This document shows positions 39,691-53,976 of a DNA stretch of 64,000 nucleotides, piece after piece; within the stretch, counting starts at the first letter, position 1, and every line of letters starts with the position of its first letter. Under the pieces are notes generated by a model, which was not told where the DNA came from, ran no database searches, and was given only the letters and a program-made list of their open reading frames with translations. Source of the DNA: Carcharhinus longimanus (taxonomy: Eukaryota); NCBI GenBank assembly GCA_030264375.1, contig JASCQW010000162.1, positions 60,200,445 to 60,264,444 of the forward strand. Reading direction: 5' to 3'. A program made the translations under genes and the position numbers.

Positions 39691-41639
39691 GATTCACTAA
39701 ATACTCCATTGAATGACGGAGTTTCTTACTATCTGAGTGAGCCTTCTGTTCTCAAAACTGAATAATTGTACAGTTTTGACAAATTATTGTTAACTCTGAT
39801 GATGCTAACCAGGAACTTAAGAAGTTTGTCAGAGTCATTAAAAAGTGAAGAAGAGGAAATATAGGTTTGATTAAATCATTTCAATTATTAATTCTAACAG
39901 TTGGGTCACAATATACTAATGTAAGATCTATGTACAAGCACCTGAATAAAGCACTGCCTCATTTGAGCTGTTGACAGTGGTTAGGCTGAGGACAGGAAGT
40001 GGAAATTATATCGTGCTGACAATCAGCCATGAAAATGTGAACTTTTTAAAAAAATATTCAATGTATTAAAGACAGAACTGGAGAAGACATCTGAACTGGT
40101 GAGAGGTTAATAGTGCAAAGCAGAGAAGGGTGCTGCTGTACTTGTGCTGCTACACTGTATGTAAATGGATAAAAATGGGCACTTATTGCTAGTGATTAAA
40201 TAGTGATGTAACGATAAATGTTGATCATGTTCTATAAAGTGAGTGCTGCCAGTGATTGAATAGTTGTGTAGCAATGGCACAGTCCCATACTGAGAATTAT
40301 TTTCAGATTGAATCACAAGCTACTGTTTAATGTTTGCCATTTTTAAACAATTCTGGTTATGGCAGATAGCAGTTACTCTGTCTCCTCTTGCTGATTGATT
40401 AAGGTAACAACCAACAGCGATAGCTACCGGCCTGCTATTGCAAGGGGAGATTAGCAACTGAATCCGTTTTTAAACCATGTTATCTGCTGTGGTATTGCTC
40501 ATAGGTACTCCTGGGATCAAAGCAGTTCTGTGACATTTCATTAATTTGGTCTGTCATTTAATTTTCTTTTGAGAAGTCACCTAAATAGGTTCAGAGGCTA
40601 ATTATTACTGTTTGAAATTTTTTTGTTGTATTGACACCTGTTTACTGCCGCTCCTTATGACCTCAGGTAATGAATGAATGCCAGCAGGAAATGACTAGCT
40701 TTCTTTCTATTTTGATATGCTTTCCTTAAAATTATTCAGCTGCGACTTGTTCATGGTTTATACAAAACATGACATCCTGTGTGCAACAAATAGAGGGAAG
40801 CTGGCTAGGCGAACAGTAGTCCTAGCCAATATTAACTCTCAGGCCTCATTTACATTCTACCAGCCAGCTGTCCACCCTAACGGGCAGAAAGAGGCGATCA
40901 CCAGCAATTGAGAATCTGTCGACCTATTGGACAATCCAGTGACACTTAAGTAAGTTGGGGCTTTGTGACAGTGTCTCATGGGTGCTTCTCCGGTTCCTAA
41001 AATGTACATTTTAAATGGCCTCTTCTTCTGCAGATCTGGGTTAATTGAGCAGGCATCCTGCTCATTTAGTGGTTAAAATGCAATGGGAGCCATTGGACTC
41101 CTGAAATGCATGATGTATAAGGTTCCAATTTAGGAAAGTGCCTTAGCCAACCAAAAAAAACCAGCATAGATAATACATGAAACCTATACACTCCATTTTA
41201 ATTTCTGTTGAACTCCCCAAATGGAAAGAATTACATTGCACCCCCTGCAACTATTTTCAAAGCTTTTGAATAAATACTGGTGATGTTGCTCACAGTAGGA
41301 CCAGATATATTGTTTGCACCATTCTTGTGACTGTAGACTTTATGTTACTGGTTCGTTCTCTATCGCTGCTGTTTCTGTTTCAGTCCGTCTCAGATTTAGA
41401 TACTCCCATCCCCGCAGGCTCAGGAATTATCCTCTGTTGCGCTCACAAGCTGTAGCATGAAAGAAAGTAAGAGCAGCAATTGAATTCTGAGTGGCCCATT
41501 TGTTCAAGTGAAGCCACGCAAGCAGCAGGTGTTGCATGGCAGTCCCTTGAACTGCCAGTGATCTGAATTCCAAGAACTGTGCAAGGCCATAGCCAACTTG
41601 GGAATACGCCCCACAATGCTAAGCACAGGTCAGCAAGGA

Positions 41640-42540
41640 ATGAGAATGAAAAATGTAAAAGGATAACAAGGATGGAAAATTGAAATCAAAAAGACTGGGA
41701 AAATGGACATTTAAAAACTAAAATTGAGTGGACTTAAAAAAAAACCTGAGGATTTTAAAAGCAGCAGCAATTCAATCAAATAAATAGCAGGACTGATGGC
41801 ACAGGATAGCAAAATAAGAATGAAAGCAAAATTAGAAGAGTCAGAAGCCAAGATTCAAAACAAATTAACAACCATATGTCAAAAAATATTGGGGAGAGAA
41901 AGATAGGGTGCAGCAACTGGGCTTCAAAACAGATGGAAAACCCCAAAAACACAGAAACGAGGGCTTGCAAAAGAAATGCGGAAGCAAAATGAAAGTGCAG
42001 GAACCAGGACTGCAGAAAAATCCAGAAAGGAAATAAAGAAGTAAGATATGGTACTTCATAAAAGAAATGGGGAAGCAACATTAAAAAGTGTAAGTAGAAA
42101 ATATGGATTTAAAAGTGGCAATTAAAAACACAGCAGAAATCAGGGTTTAACAAAGGACTGAAGAAGGAAAAATAGAAGAGAACAAGAGCCAGATCATCAT
42201 AGAGAATTGGGGCCGCAATGTGACAAAAACACCAAAACTGGGGCTTCAACGTGCTGGAGAGTTTAAGAAAAGATCAGGAAGTGGGTCTTCAAACAAGCAC
42301 GGAAAGGCACAATAACAAAGAGCAGGAATTAGGACTTCAATAAATAAACTGGAAAGCAAAAAGTACTGAGAGCAGGAACTGGCTTTCAAAAAAACTGGAG
42401 ATGCAGAATAAAAATAGAGATGGGAACTAGGGCTTTAAAAAGCATCAAGGAAAGGAAAAAGGAGCAGGAACTAGGCCTTGATAAAATCATTAACAGCAAA
42501 TATCAGCAAAAATACAGCAGAAATTTACTTTTAGCAGGAA
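41640..42540. repeat. Purine-rich degenerate tandem repeat
   Basis: Recurrent gcaggaactRgggcttYaaaaa separated by A-rich spacers. Confidence 0.65.
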
Positions 42541-45500
42541 ATATTTTTTAAATGGAAAATCCAGCCATCGATGAAACTTGGAGGAAGATTTAGGCAGCGG
42601 ATCAGAAGACTTATGATGTGACAGGCAAGTATAACCAGTAAATCAGAATTTAACGTTAAAAGGTCCCATGATTGCAACAGCTACTGATGTCATCAAAATG
42701 TGCTATGGACATCTTAACATGAGAAGTATTTGAATGGATACATAATATTAATTGATTTTATTTTATAATTATTTTTATAGATAGATGTATTAAACTTCAT
42801 TCAGCATCATGCACTCTGAAGGAGGTTATTTGATTTTGGAGACACACCATGTGCATTGCGCAAACGTGAAAGTGCCACAGTAATTGTAAAGCATCGGCTC
42901 TTGGTTCTGAACCCTATGAAACTCAGCACTAGTTTGATTTCCCACCTAAAGATAGGTTCTGTGCTGTTCACCTCAGTTTCTGATATGGAGTTGAACTACT
43001 TTTAAGTCAGCTTTAGATGATAATGCGTTGAGTTTTAATTATAAACATTTACTGATGCATTTCAATTGTCCCTATCGTTATAGCTTTCTGTTTGAGGTGT
43101 TTCCTGCTGTTGCTCACAGTTGTTTAGATGTTTTCCTGCTGTTACCAGCCCGTGTGTCTTAGGCAAAAACCAGACAGTGCTTTGGTTCTGATTTGGATTT
43201 GGTGTCAGTGCCATTTGATGCATCTCAAAGAAACATGAGTATCGCTGTTTTCCTTATTTGGAAGCATCTATAAAAATGATGATGCTTGTACACCATTGCA
43301 TACAGTACATGCCGTGCTGATCAAAGTAAACTAATGTCAAGCAATAGATAATGATAGCCAGAAATAAAATTTTGAGGCACTAGCTTGAATTTTGGTATTC
43401 AGTACAATAAGTGCATTTGCATAGCTGGGCCTGTAGTAGTTTGGTACATCATCAGGACTGACCCAGCTGAATTTAAGCTTACAAGATATTCAAATTTACC
43501 ACCATTTTGAAATAATTAGTTCACAAGGACATGGAAGTCTTGTGGGAATAGAAAATAGAAAGCCATAATGCAAGACTTCCAACCTGGCAGGGAACCTTGC
43601 AAAGGCACCTCCAAGCTAACTCCAACCTGTGTTATCCTTTCTCTCCCTGGACCTTATTCTGCTAATGTAGTCTTTCCTTCTCACTGCCTCTTCCCTCTAT
43701 AGATATGACAATTCGTTTAATCTCAGTAAAATTTTATAAAAACTCAGTTTCATAATGAAACATGTATCTTTCTTGCAAAAATATAAATAATTGCTTTCAA
43801 GTAAGTGTTGTAGAAAATATTTAACTTTTATAGGCAACCATTTTAAATTCAAAATTCAGGGAACACATTCAAGCCATTAAGGCAATCGTCTTGAAATGCT
43901 GGCTTGGAGCATGTGCTCTGTTCTGAAAGAGTCAATAATGATCATTCTTTCAGAGGGTTGGAGGTTGCATTAGCTTGCAGTGGATGGTCAATGCAGTCTG
44001 TTATGGCAGCATAAAGTGAAAATCTAGGGAGAAAGCACGTTTGCTGGGAGAGAGCAGGAGACCATAGAGTTGTGCTCAGTAAGAATAGTTTGTTTTTATT
44101 TTATTGTGATCATACTTAGTTTCAGCTCCACACAGTAGTAATATTACAAGTCTAACTGCTCAAAAATCCTTGTGGATTTTGAGGTTGGAATAATCTAATT
44201 TTACAGTGTTTCAAATAACAGGCAAAGCCTGATGTGCACATTCTAGTAACAGTAAATTGTCACAGCTTATTATAGCCTTCTATTACCAGGGTAGTTTATG
44301 TTCTATAGTCTGGAGCACCATTAATAGCAATACAAGTGATCAACAGATCCATCAGCAGTGGAATCCTAGTTAACTTTAGTCTTGATGTTGCCATCAGATG
44401 TCCCCTTGCACCTACACATTATTTTACATTTGATGGTCATACAGTTCTCCTGATAGAAGAGTACTATGACTTCCTGTTTTCATTATAAAAGCTGCTACTA
44501 TATTCCAGCAATGGAATTATGGGTACTCAAAAATCTGAGTCTACAAATCAGCTGACAGGATTGCAATGTTAACTTCGGGGCCAATGCTTGGAGCCCACAC
44601 TCTTGCGATCAAAACTGCGGGTTTAACGAATATAGAAGTCTTAATTTAGAATGGAAACAGAAAAAAAATTAAGTAGGGAAGAGGGTGTGTGGAGGTCAAG
44701 AATCTTTGAGCCACGCATCTTGGGTCTGTTTCTATTGCCACAGGACTAAGTGTAGGTTTTTGTAAGCCACTCATGAGGCTTACAAATCATTTGTCATTCT
44801 GTATTGCTTTCTGTTTTGAAAAAAAACCTGATTTTTATGATAAATCTCTTGATTTGTAGCACTTTGTTCCCAATTTATGAATGAGATGTATGAGTGTAGG
44901 AGGAATGAGATGTAATCCTTTTGCTTAGAAAGGATAGCAGGACTAGCGGGCACAACCTCAGGATAAGCGNNNNNNNNNNNNNNNNNNNNNNNNNNNNNNN
45001 NNNNNNNNNNNNNNNNNNNNNNNNNNNNNNNNNNNNNNNNNNNNNNNNNNNNNNNNNNNNNNNNNNNNNGTTATGGGGAGAAAGCGGGAAAGTGGAACTG
45101 ATCCACTTCAGATCAGCCATGATCTTATTGAATGGCAGAGCAGGCTAGATGGCCTATTCCTGCTCCTATTTCTTACGTTCTTATGTTCTTACGTTCTTAT
45201 GAGTGTTCACATTACAGCGTCCCTGAGCCCCATTCAACCACCACTGCCTTTTCCTTCCCTAAGACCCATTCAGCTGCAGTTGCCTGTACTCCTGTTTGGG
45301 CCCAGATCTACTGGGGCTGATGCTTCTTTTCTTTCTTCTTCTGCCACAGCTTCCCTCATGCAGGCTGTTCCTTTATCAATGCTGGAGACTGCTCTCTTTT
45401 CTTTGCTTTCCATACGCTCCTGTGTTTCTTTTCTCTAACTTGCCTCTGCTCAGAATTTCACTCCAATACAATATGATACTTGGAGACTTCTTTGATGTGA

Positions 45501-46449
45501 TGGGAGTAACCCGGAAAGCGGTGTATTCTTTTGGTCCTTTATCTGATCTGCTGGTATTTTTGGAATGAGATTGATCGAGGAAGTTGTTGATTCTGCCAGC
45601 AATTGCGCTTATTCAGTGGATTGTAGGTTTTAAGTTGCCAGTAACTGGTGTCATTTTTCAAAAACAGTCTATTTCAGTCAACTCAACTGACCAAATACTG
45701 GAATTTTCTGTGATTCATTGCAAAAGCCTCATGAGAGCATAACCTGTTTCATGTTTATAATTCCTGAGATTTGTGGCCACCTCTTTAATTTGTCAGTTTG
45801 TGGCTATAAAATCTGAACTGCTGAGTATTGCATCATAGGAAAAAGCTAACAATGAAGGGGCTTCATGCCACTTAATGAAAATCGGACTGTTCACATCCTT
45901 AATAATGTTGCAGTTTTGTTCAAGCAGTCAGTATGGTAGTTTGGCTAGGTTTATTGTCAATGATACGTTGCAAGAGTGAGGCTTGAATTTAAAAAATGAA
46001 AAGCACTATTTGGCTACAGAGGCTAAGAATTTTGTTCTGGCATAATGGGGGGCCAACGTTAAATATCAATTCAAAAATATAAAATCTCTGGAAAATTGAA
46101 ACACAGCCTTCACAGCAACTAACAGAAGACCCTTTCAAATAGTGTGCATGCCACCATAATAAGGAAAATATTGCAGATGCTACAAACCTGAAGCAGGAGC
46201 AGAAAATATCGGAATGTGCAACCAGTCAGTAAACATTTGTAGAAAGAACGAACAAGCTGATGTTTGGAGCATGGACCCTTCTTCAGAAATGGGAGTTAGG
46301 TGATGGGCAGGCATGTTAATACAGTCAGCAAAGTGTATTTTTATAAATCTATATGTGTATATATAAAAAGGGCAGCCAACATTGTTGAATAATGTAGTAC
46401 ATAATCTCAGCCAAAAGATGGACAGAAGTGTGAAGAAAATAAATAGAAC

Positions 46450-47180
46450 AATTGTTTATGTACAGAGAGAGCTCTTTTAACATATAATGACTGGACGCAC
46501 ATTGTCAGCGTGTAATAAAGAAAATGTAACACTGAGCCCCAGAAGAAGATATATGGACAGATGACTGAAAGCTTTGACAAAAAGGTAATTTGAAAAAGGA
46601 GGAAACAGTGGTTGACAGAGAGGTTTAATGAGAAAATTCCAGAGCTTAGCCCTCAAATAGCAAGAATCGGAGAAGTGCAGATACCTTGGACAGTTGTGAG
46701 GCGTGAGATTACAGAGATCAGGAGGAACTAGATCATGGAAGAACTTGAAAGCAAGGGTGAGAATTTTAAGATTGCAGTGTTGTTTTATCAGAAACCAAGT
46801 CAACCAGCATGGGAATGATGGGTGAATGGGATTTGGTGGAGGTAAGGATATGGGCAGCAGAATTTTGGATGCCTTTGAGTTTATGCAGGCTAGAATATAG
46901 GGAGGTGCAACAGAAACGCATTGGGATGGGCATCAACAGCAAATTAATTGAGTCAAGGGCAAAGTCAGGCCATGTTACAGAAGTGGACTAGTGACAGCAG
47001 TCACAAGCTCATCGAAGGATTAGATATGACACTAGGGTTGTGAACAGTCTGGTTCAGTCTCAAACAGCTGCCAGAGAAAGGGATGGAGTTGGTAGCAGAG
47101 GGACTGAAGGTAGTGGCTTTGGTATTTTCAGTATTTATTTTGAGAAAATTTCTGCTCGTCCTATTCTGGGTGTCAGATGT
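46450..47180 (-). mobile_element. L2 LINE fragment
   Basis: Minus ORF WFLIKQHCNLKILTLAFKFFHDLVPPDL. Confidence 0.7.
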
Positions 47181-47769
47181 AGAAATTATTAAACTAGTTA
47201 AGGAAGTGGGATTGCCTGGGCAAGGGGGGAAATCTCCTGGGATTCAATGAAACAGGTTTAAAAATGTATATTTAGCCAAAGTCTGAAATTACTGAAGTCA
47301 ATATCCAGATGATAGGATTGCAGTTTACCTGCAATAACAACAACAATTTGCATTTACAAAGTGCTTTTAAGCTATTAAAACATCCCAAGGTGCTTCACAA
47401 AAGTGTAATCAGACAAATTTTGACATTCAGACCAAGAAAGTGATCAAAAGCTTGGTCAAAGAGATGAGTTTTGCATTTAATGCCTTTCATGATATCAACA
47501 TATCACTAAATGTTTTACAACCATGAAGTCTTTTTTGAAGTGTAGTTGTAACCTGGGAAACAGTACTAGGGTGTCTTAAAGGAAGTGAGACAAGGGGAAT
47601 GTCAAAAACGTTTATGGAGTAAATTCCGGACCTTATGACAAAGACAATTGAAGGCACGACTGAGCGAAGGGAAGTGGGGCTTACACCAAAGGTAGAGGTA
47701 CTCCGTTTTCTCAATGAGTTGTCGATATTGTTTCCAATTCTTGTGGCAAGCTTTGTTGGAACGTTATAT

Positions 47770-47915
47770 GAATCCAATGACAGAGAATCAGTAGGAGTTG
47801 GAGCGTGAGTTAAAATGGTGAACAATAGTCACATTTTTGCATAGAACTGAATGGTTTGACAAGTGGCCACCTACTCTGCCTGTAGTTTCACCAGTGTAAA
47901 TGGAACTGCACCATG
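47770..47915 (-). mobile_element. Penelope GIY-YIG endonuclease remnant
   Basis: CSSIYTGETTGRVGGHLSNH...IVHHFNS resembles the YIGETxRxLxxRxxEH...VAxHFN pattern. Confidence 0.6.
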
Positions 47916-48007
47916 AGAAATTGGATGGTGTGAACATGTGTATGTTGAGTGAGGGAAGGATAGAGTTTAACAATGATACAATTTCCACATTTGAATACAG
48001 TACAGTA

Positions 48008-48312
48008 TCAATGGCATGGTGGCTAGTTCTGCTGCCTCACAGCGCCATGGACCTGGGGTTGATTCCAGCCTCGGGTGACCGTGTGGAATTTGTTTCCTCC
48101 TGGTCCTTCAGTTTCCTCCCACAGTCCAAAGATGTGCAGGTTGGGTGAATTGACTCTTAGTGTCCAAAGATGTGTAGATTAGATGGATTAGCTATGGTGA
48201 ATGTGCAGGGCTACAGAGATAGAACATGAGAGGGCCTGGGTAAGACTCACTGTCAGAGTTGGTGCAGACTCATGGGTCAAATGGCGTTCTCTGCATCGTA
48301 GAGATTCTACGA
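48008..48312 (+). mobile_element. HE1-family SINE
   Basis: ctgctgcctcacagcgcc...tttcctcccacagtccaaagatgtgcagg, with CR1-type tail. Confidence 0.85.
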
Positions 48313-49194
48313 ATATACAAGGGCCTTAGCAATGTTGGAATGCATCCTCAATTATTTTTTCAACATGAAGAATTGTAATAATTTCAGAGGAGGAGGTTTG
48401 CAGAATCCATAGAACCATGCAGCAATGAAGAATTGCCAACTTTAGCTGGTGGGTAGTGAGGGAGGCAACATGGTCGGGGGTTATCTGACTGTCTCTTCCA
48501 AGAATGTACAGCAACAGTTTCAGTGACGCTCATGTCTTTACCAGCATCTATTTCACATAGAAGAATTTGACACACATCTGCACTGTTGCAGATACCTACA
48601 GCCCAGTCATACTTCTGATGGCACCAATGTAACACTGAATTATTCCAAGACTAAAGTGGGTTAAGTTATGAGGGTTGGTTGCATAAACTTACCTTGTGTT
48701 CCCTTAAGTATAGAAATTGAAGAGTAGTATTTCTAAGGAACTTAAATATCAAAATAATTAAATGAGGGAGGTAGTATATAGAGAATGGCAGAATGGTGAT
48801 AGGGAGGCAAGAATATGAAGAGATAGTATTAAAATTAGAGCCCAGTCTTTCAAGAATGAAATCAGAAGTATTTTTTCACAAAAAAGTGTTTTAGAAATTT
48901 AGAACTGGAACTGTTGGAGCTGTCAAAATTGAGGTTGATATACCATTGTCAGGTAAGGGTATCAAAGAATATGGAGCAAAGACAGGAAGCATTTTTTTAC
49001 ACGGAGTATTGCGATCTGGAATGCACTGGCTGAAAGGATAGTCAAAGCAGATTCAGTTATATCATTCAAAGCAGACTCATGGGGCTGAATGACTGACGCT
49101 TGTCCCTTACTGTAGAATATTACACTATGACTAATCCACCAGAAGCAAATGCAAAATCAAAAAATGCATGCTGTGGTGTTTCTCAGTCAGAGTG

Positions 49195-49549
49195 CTAAAG
49201 AACAAAGAAAATTACAGCAGAAGTAGGCCCTTCAGCTCTCCAAACCTGCAGCGATCATGCTGCCCAACTTAACTGAAACTGCCTATCTTTCCAGAGCATA
49301 TCCCTCTATTCCCATCCTATTCGTGTACTTGTCAAGACACCCCTTAAAAGTCACTACTGTATCCGCTTCCACTACCACCTCCTGCAACGAGTTCCAGGCA
49401 CCCACTACTCTCTGTGTAAAAAAACCTGCCTCATACATCCCCTTTAAACCTTGCCGCTCGCACCTTAAACCAATGCCCCCTAGTAATTGACTCTTCCACC
49501 CTGGGAAAAAGCTTCTGACTATCCACTCTGTCCATGCCTCTCATAATCT
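49195..49549 (-). mobile_element. CR1 LINE 3' end
   Basis: Reverse-complement CR1 3' region with tail aaagaacaaagaa. Confidence 0.85.
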
Positions 49550-49649
49550 NNNNNNNNNNNNNNNNNNNNNNNNNNNNNNNNNNNNNNNNNNNNNNNNNNN
49601 NNNNNNNNNNNNNNNNNNNNNNNNNNNNNNNNNNNNNNNNNNNNNNNNN

Positions 49650-51018
49650 TTATAGACCAGTGAGCCTTACTTCTGTTGTGGGCAAAGTTTTGGAAAGGAT
49701 TATAAGAGATAGGATTTATAATCATCCAGAAAGGAATAATTTGATTAGGGATTGTCAACATGGTTTTGTGAAGGGTAGGTCATGCCTCACAAACCTTATT
49801 GAGTTCTTTGAAAAGGTGACCAAGGAGGTGGATGAGGGTAACGCAGTTGATGTGGTGTATATGGATTTCAGGAAAAGCATTTGATAAGGTTCCCCACAGT
49901 ATGCTATTGCAGAAGATACAGAGGCATGGGATTGAGGGTGATTTAGCAGTTTGGATCAGAAATTGGCTAGCTGCAAGAAGGCAGAAGGGTGGTGATTGAT
50001 GTAAAATATTCATTCTGGAGTTCATGTACTAGTGGAGTACCGCAAGGATCTGTTTTGGGCCACTGCTGTTTGTCATTTTTATAAATGACCTGGATGAGGG
50101 CATAGAAGGATTGGTTAGTAAATTTGCCGATGACACTAAAGTAGGTGGAGTTGTGGACAGTGTGGAAGGATGTTGCAGGTTACAGGGGGACATAGATAAG
50201 CTGCAGAGCTGGGCTGAGGGGTGGCAAATGGAGTTTAATGTGGAAGAGTGAGAGGTGATTCACTTTGGAAGGAGTGACAGGAATACAGAGTACTGGGCTA
50301 ATGGTAAGATACTTGATGGTGTCGATAAGCAGAGAGGTCTCAGTGACCATGTGTATAGATCCCTGAAAGTTGGCACCCAGGTTGATGGGGTTGTTAAGAA
50401 GGCAAACGGTGCGTTAGCTTTTATTGGTAGAGGGATTGAGTTTTGGAGCCATGAGGTCATGTTGCAGCTGTACAAAACTTTGGTGCAGCCACAGTTGGAG
50501 TATTGCATACAGTTCTGGTTGCCGCATTGTAGGAATGATGTGGAAGCGTTGGGAAGGGTGCGGAGGAGATTTACCAGGATGTTGCCTGGCATGGTGGGAA
50601 GGTCTTATAAGGAAAGGCTGAGGGACTTAAAGCTGTTTTCGTTAGGAGAAGAAGGTTAAGAGGTGATTTAATAGAGGCATACAAGATAATCAGGGGATTA
50701 GATAAGGTGGACAGTGAGAGCCTTTTTCCTCAGATGGCGATGGCTAGCACAAGGGTCCATAGCTTTAAATTGAGGGGTGATAGATATAGGACAGATGTCA
50801 GAGATAGGCTCTTTACTAAGAGAGTAGTAAGGGCGTAGAATGCCCTGCCTGCGACAGTAGTGGATTCGCCAACATTAAGGGCATTTAAATGGTCATTGGA
50901 AAAACATGGATGATGTTGGAATAGTGTAGGTTAGATGGGCTTTAGGTTGGTTTTCACAGGTCGGCGCAACATCGAGGGCTGAAGGGCCTTTTCTGCACTG
51001 TAATGTTCTGTGTTCTAT
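49650..51018 (+). mobile_element. Relatively young CR1/HER1 LINE, RT to 3' tail
   Basis: YRPVSLTSVVGKVLE, QHGFVKGRSCLTNLIEFF, FADDTK, LYKTLVQPQLEYC; tail gttctgtgttctat. Confidence 0.93.
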
Positions 51019-51739
51019 CAGCCACTGCCTTTCAATGGAATTCATCAGGATTGATACGTTGGTGCAGTGAGTTAGACTCCTTCTGCAGTTGGAATTGGGA
51101 CTGGTGAGAGTTGAATTTAGGAAGTTGTACAAAGTCATTCCATCAGGAACTCAGGGCATTTTGCAATGAACAGTTTTCAGGGGAACGTGACCCTGGCGCA
51201 GTGAGTACTAGTTAGGGGGAAGTCACATTGAACAATGAGTGGTTAAATGAGGAATATGGCACTGGAAGGCAAATGTACCGAGGGAACATGGGACTAATCA
51301 ACGAGTGATTACAAATAGGAATATAATACTTGGCAGCGAGTAATTACCAGGGTGGTTGATTATTATCCATAAAGTAGAAGAATTTAAAATTGGAATTTTC
51401 AGATGAAAAAGACCAGTACACAGTTGGATGGTATTGTGCTGCAGAGCCTGAGCTCTTGAAAACCCAGTTTGTATTTTAAATATTGGAGCTCCCCCAATTG
51501 GTATAACTTGGTAAAGCAGCCCATTTTACTTTGGTTTCCTGAAGTTGGACCGATTTTGAAGAACTAGCATCTTTCACAAGCTCTTTGAATTGTCTTGAGA
51601 TTAACAGCCAAATATTACCTTTGCAATAGAGTCAGCGTTATAATATAGACAAATGTGGACAAATTAGGTATTGCTATTGGTGATGAAGGTTGAAGGGTAA
51701 ATACTAACCAGACAGCAGAAGAATATCCCTGCAGTTCAC

Positions 51740-53260
51740 AGAACCAGAATACTACAGTGCAGAAGAGGTCCTTCAGCCCATCAAGTCTGCATGGACACAC
51801 GAAATGCCCTTACCTGCCCACCTAATCCCACTTGCCAGCACTTGGCCCATAGCCTTGAATGTTATGGCATGCCAAATGTTCATCCAGTACTTTTTAAAGG
51901 GTGTGAGGCATCCTGCCTTCACCACCCTTCCAGGCAGTGTATTTCAGACCATCACCACCCTCTGAGTTAAAGTTTTCCCTGAAATCTCCCCTAAACCTCC
52001 CACCCTGCACTTATAACTTGTGTCCCCTAGTAACTGACCCTTCAACTAAGGAGAACAGCTGCTCCCTATCCACCCTATGCATACTCCTCATAATCTTGAA
52101 CACTTCAGTCAGGTCGTCACGCGCGCCCCCCCCCCCCCCCGCCGCCGCCGCCGCCGCCCCCTCAGTCTTCTCTGCTCCAACAAAAACAACCCAAGCCTAT
52201 CCCACCTCTCTTCATAACCTAAATGTTCCATCCCAGGCAGCATCCAGGTAAATCTCCACTGCACCCGCTCCTTCACATTCTTCCTCTAATGTGGCGACCA
52301 GAACTACACAGTATTCCAGATGTGGCCTCACCAAAGTTCTATACAACTCCATCATGATATCTCTACTTTTGTAATCTATACTCCGATTGATAAAGACGAG
52401 TGTGCCATATGTCTTTGTCACCACCCCATTAACCTGCCTTTCTGCCTTCGGAGATCTATGGATAAACACGTGAAGGTCCCTGTTCTTCAGAACTTCCCAG
52501 TGTCAGCTCTTTCATAGGATACTTCCTTGTCAAATTATTCCTTCCAAAGTGCATCACTTCACATTTTTCAGAGTTAAATTCCATCTGCCACTTATCTGCC
52601 CATTTGAGCATTCCGTCTATCTTCCTGTAACCCAAGACACTCAACTTCACTGTTAACCACCCAGCCAATCTTTGTGCCATCGGCAAACTTACTGATCCTG
52701 CCCCCACGTAGTCATCTATGTCATTTATATAAATGATGAACAATCGGGGACCCAACACAGATCCCTGTGGTACACCACTGGTCACTGGCCTCCAGCCATC
52801 TGTCACCACCTTCCGTCTCCTACCACTGAGCCAAGTATTAATCCACTTTGTCAGATTACCCTGTAGCCCATATGCATTAGCCTTCTTAATAAGTCTCCCA
52901 TGTGGGATTTTGTCAAGGGCTCTGCTGAATCCATGTAAACTTCATCAACGGCACTATCCTCACCCACATGCTTTGTTACATACTCAAAAAATTAAATTAA
53001 GTTTGTAAGGCATGACTTCACACTGACAAAGCCATGCTGACTATCCCTCATCAAACCTCGCCTCTCCAAATAGAGATAGATTCCTCTTTCAGAATCTTCT
53101 CCAATAGTTTCTCAACCACAGGCGTGAGACTCACTGGTCTGTAGTTCCTTGCCTTGTCTCTACAATCTTTCTTAAATGGTGGGACCACATTGGCTGTTCT
53201 CCAGTCCTCTGGCACCTCCCCGATAGCCAGGGAGGACTTAAAAATTTGGGTCAGAGCCCA
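51740..53260 (-). mobile_element. CR1 LINE, RT to 3' tail, with a poly-C/(CCG)n tract at 52120-52160
   Basis: [35 protein letters not shown]. Confidence 0.93.
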
Positions 53261-53732
53261 AAGAGCACTTCTTTGAATAGTATTAGCCTAGGCTACATAA
53301 TCAATTTTCTGGAACAGGCTTTGAACTAAGTTGCAGATGAGAGTACTATCATTGAACCAAGTTGAACGTTGCTGCACTGATGTTTTCCTGCAAGGACCAC
53401 ATTACCGCTGGAAATCTGCACGTCATGTTCAAAACCTTGCACGTGGTTTTTTTGCGTTGTGCAGGGCACTTCGACTATGCTGGCAAACTGTCTATGCCAA
53501 TATTGACAGTTGTAGCTTACCATAAGTTCATTCATTGCTCCAATTGTAGCTTAATGCCTCAGTGCATCTAGTAAGCATTTTCAATGTGGCCTTTTTCATT
53601 GCAATATTTGTGTATCAGTCACAAAGAGCTGAAGCAGAGAAATCACTCCTGGGGTTAGTACTGATCCCTTACACCAAGTTCATGGCCGATCCCTTACACA
53701 AGCTTCTGAGCCGATCCCTTATACTGGAGTAC

Positions 53733-53976
53733 ACGCCGGCTCCCCTCTCCGGGCTCCGCGCCGGCTCCCCTCTCCGGGCTCCGCGCCGGNNNNNNNNNNN
53801 NNNNNNNNNNNNNNNNNNNNNNNNNNNNNNNNNNNNNNNNNNNNNNNNNNNNNNNNNNNNNNNNNNNNNNNNNNNNNNNNNNNNNNNNNCTCGCCCCGGC
53901 CCCCCTCTCCGGGCTCCGCCCCGGCCCCCCTCTCCGGGCTCCGCCCCGGCTCCCCGCTCCGGGCTCCGCGCCGGCC
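53733..53976. repeat. GC-rich ~25-bp tandem repeat spanning a gap
   Basis: Unit cgccggctcccctctccgggctccg; preceded by 3x gatcccttaYac. Confidence 0.9.

Noticed and set aside
39990-40100. Possible missing DGKD exon (cgtgctgacaat, CADN-like)
   Set aside because: Surrounding codons do not match the DGKD peptide and there are no suitable splice sites
40717-40911. ORF containing ILCATNR, resembling ILCADNR
   Set aside because: No further similarity and no exon boundaries
43277-43320. ATGATGA...CTGA pair
   Set aside because: About 45 nt, too short for a C/D snoRNA
44759-44786. Short hairpin tttgtaagcc-actcatga-ggcttacaaa
   Set aside because: 10-bp arms are unremarkable and nothing in the context supports a function
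53660-53725. Three spaced gatcccttaYac repeats, superficially CRISPR-like
   Set aside because: Repeats and spacers are only ~12 nt, there are no cas genes, and the context is a vertebrate intron; it is a degenerate tandem repeat
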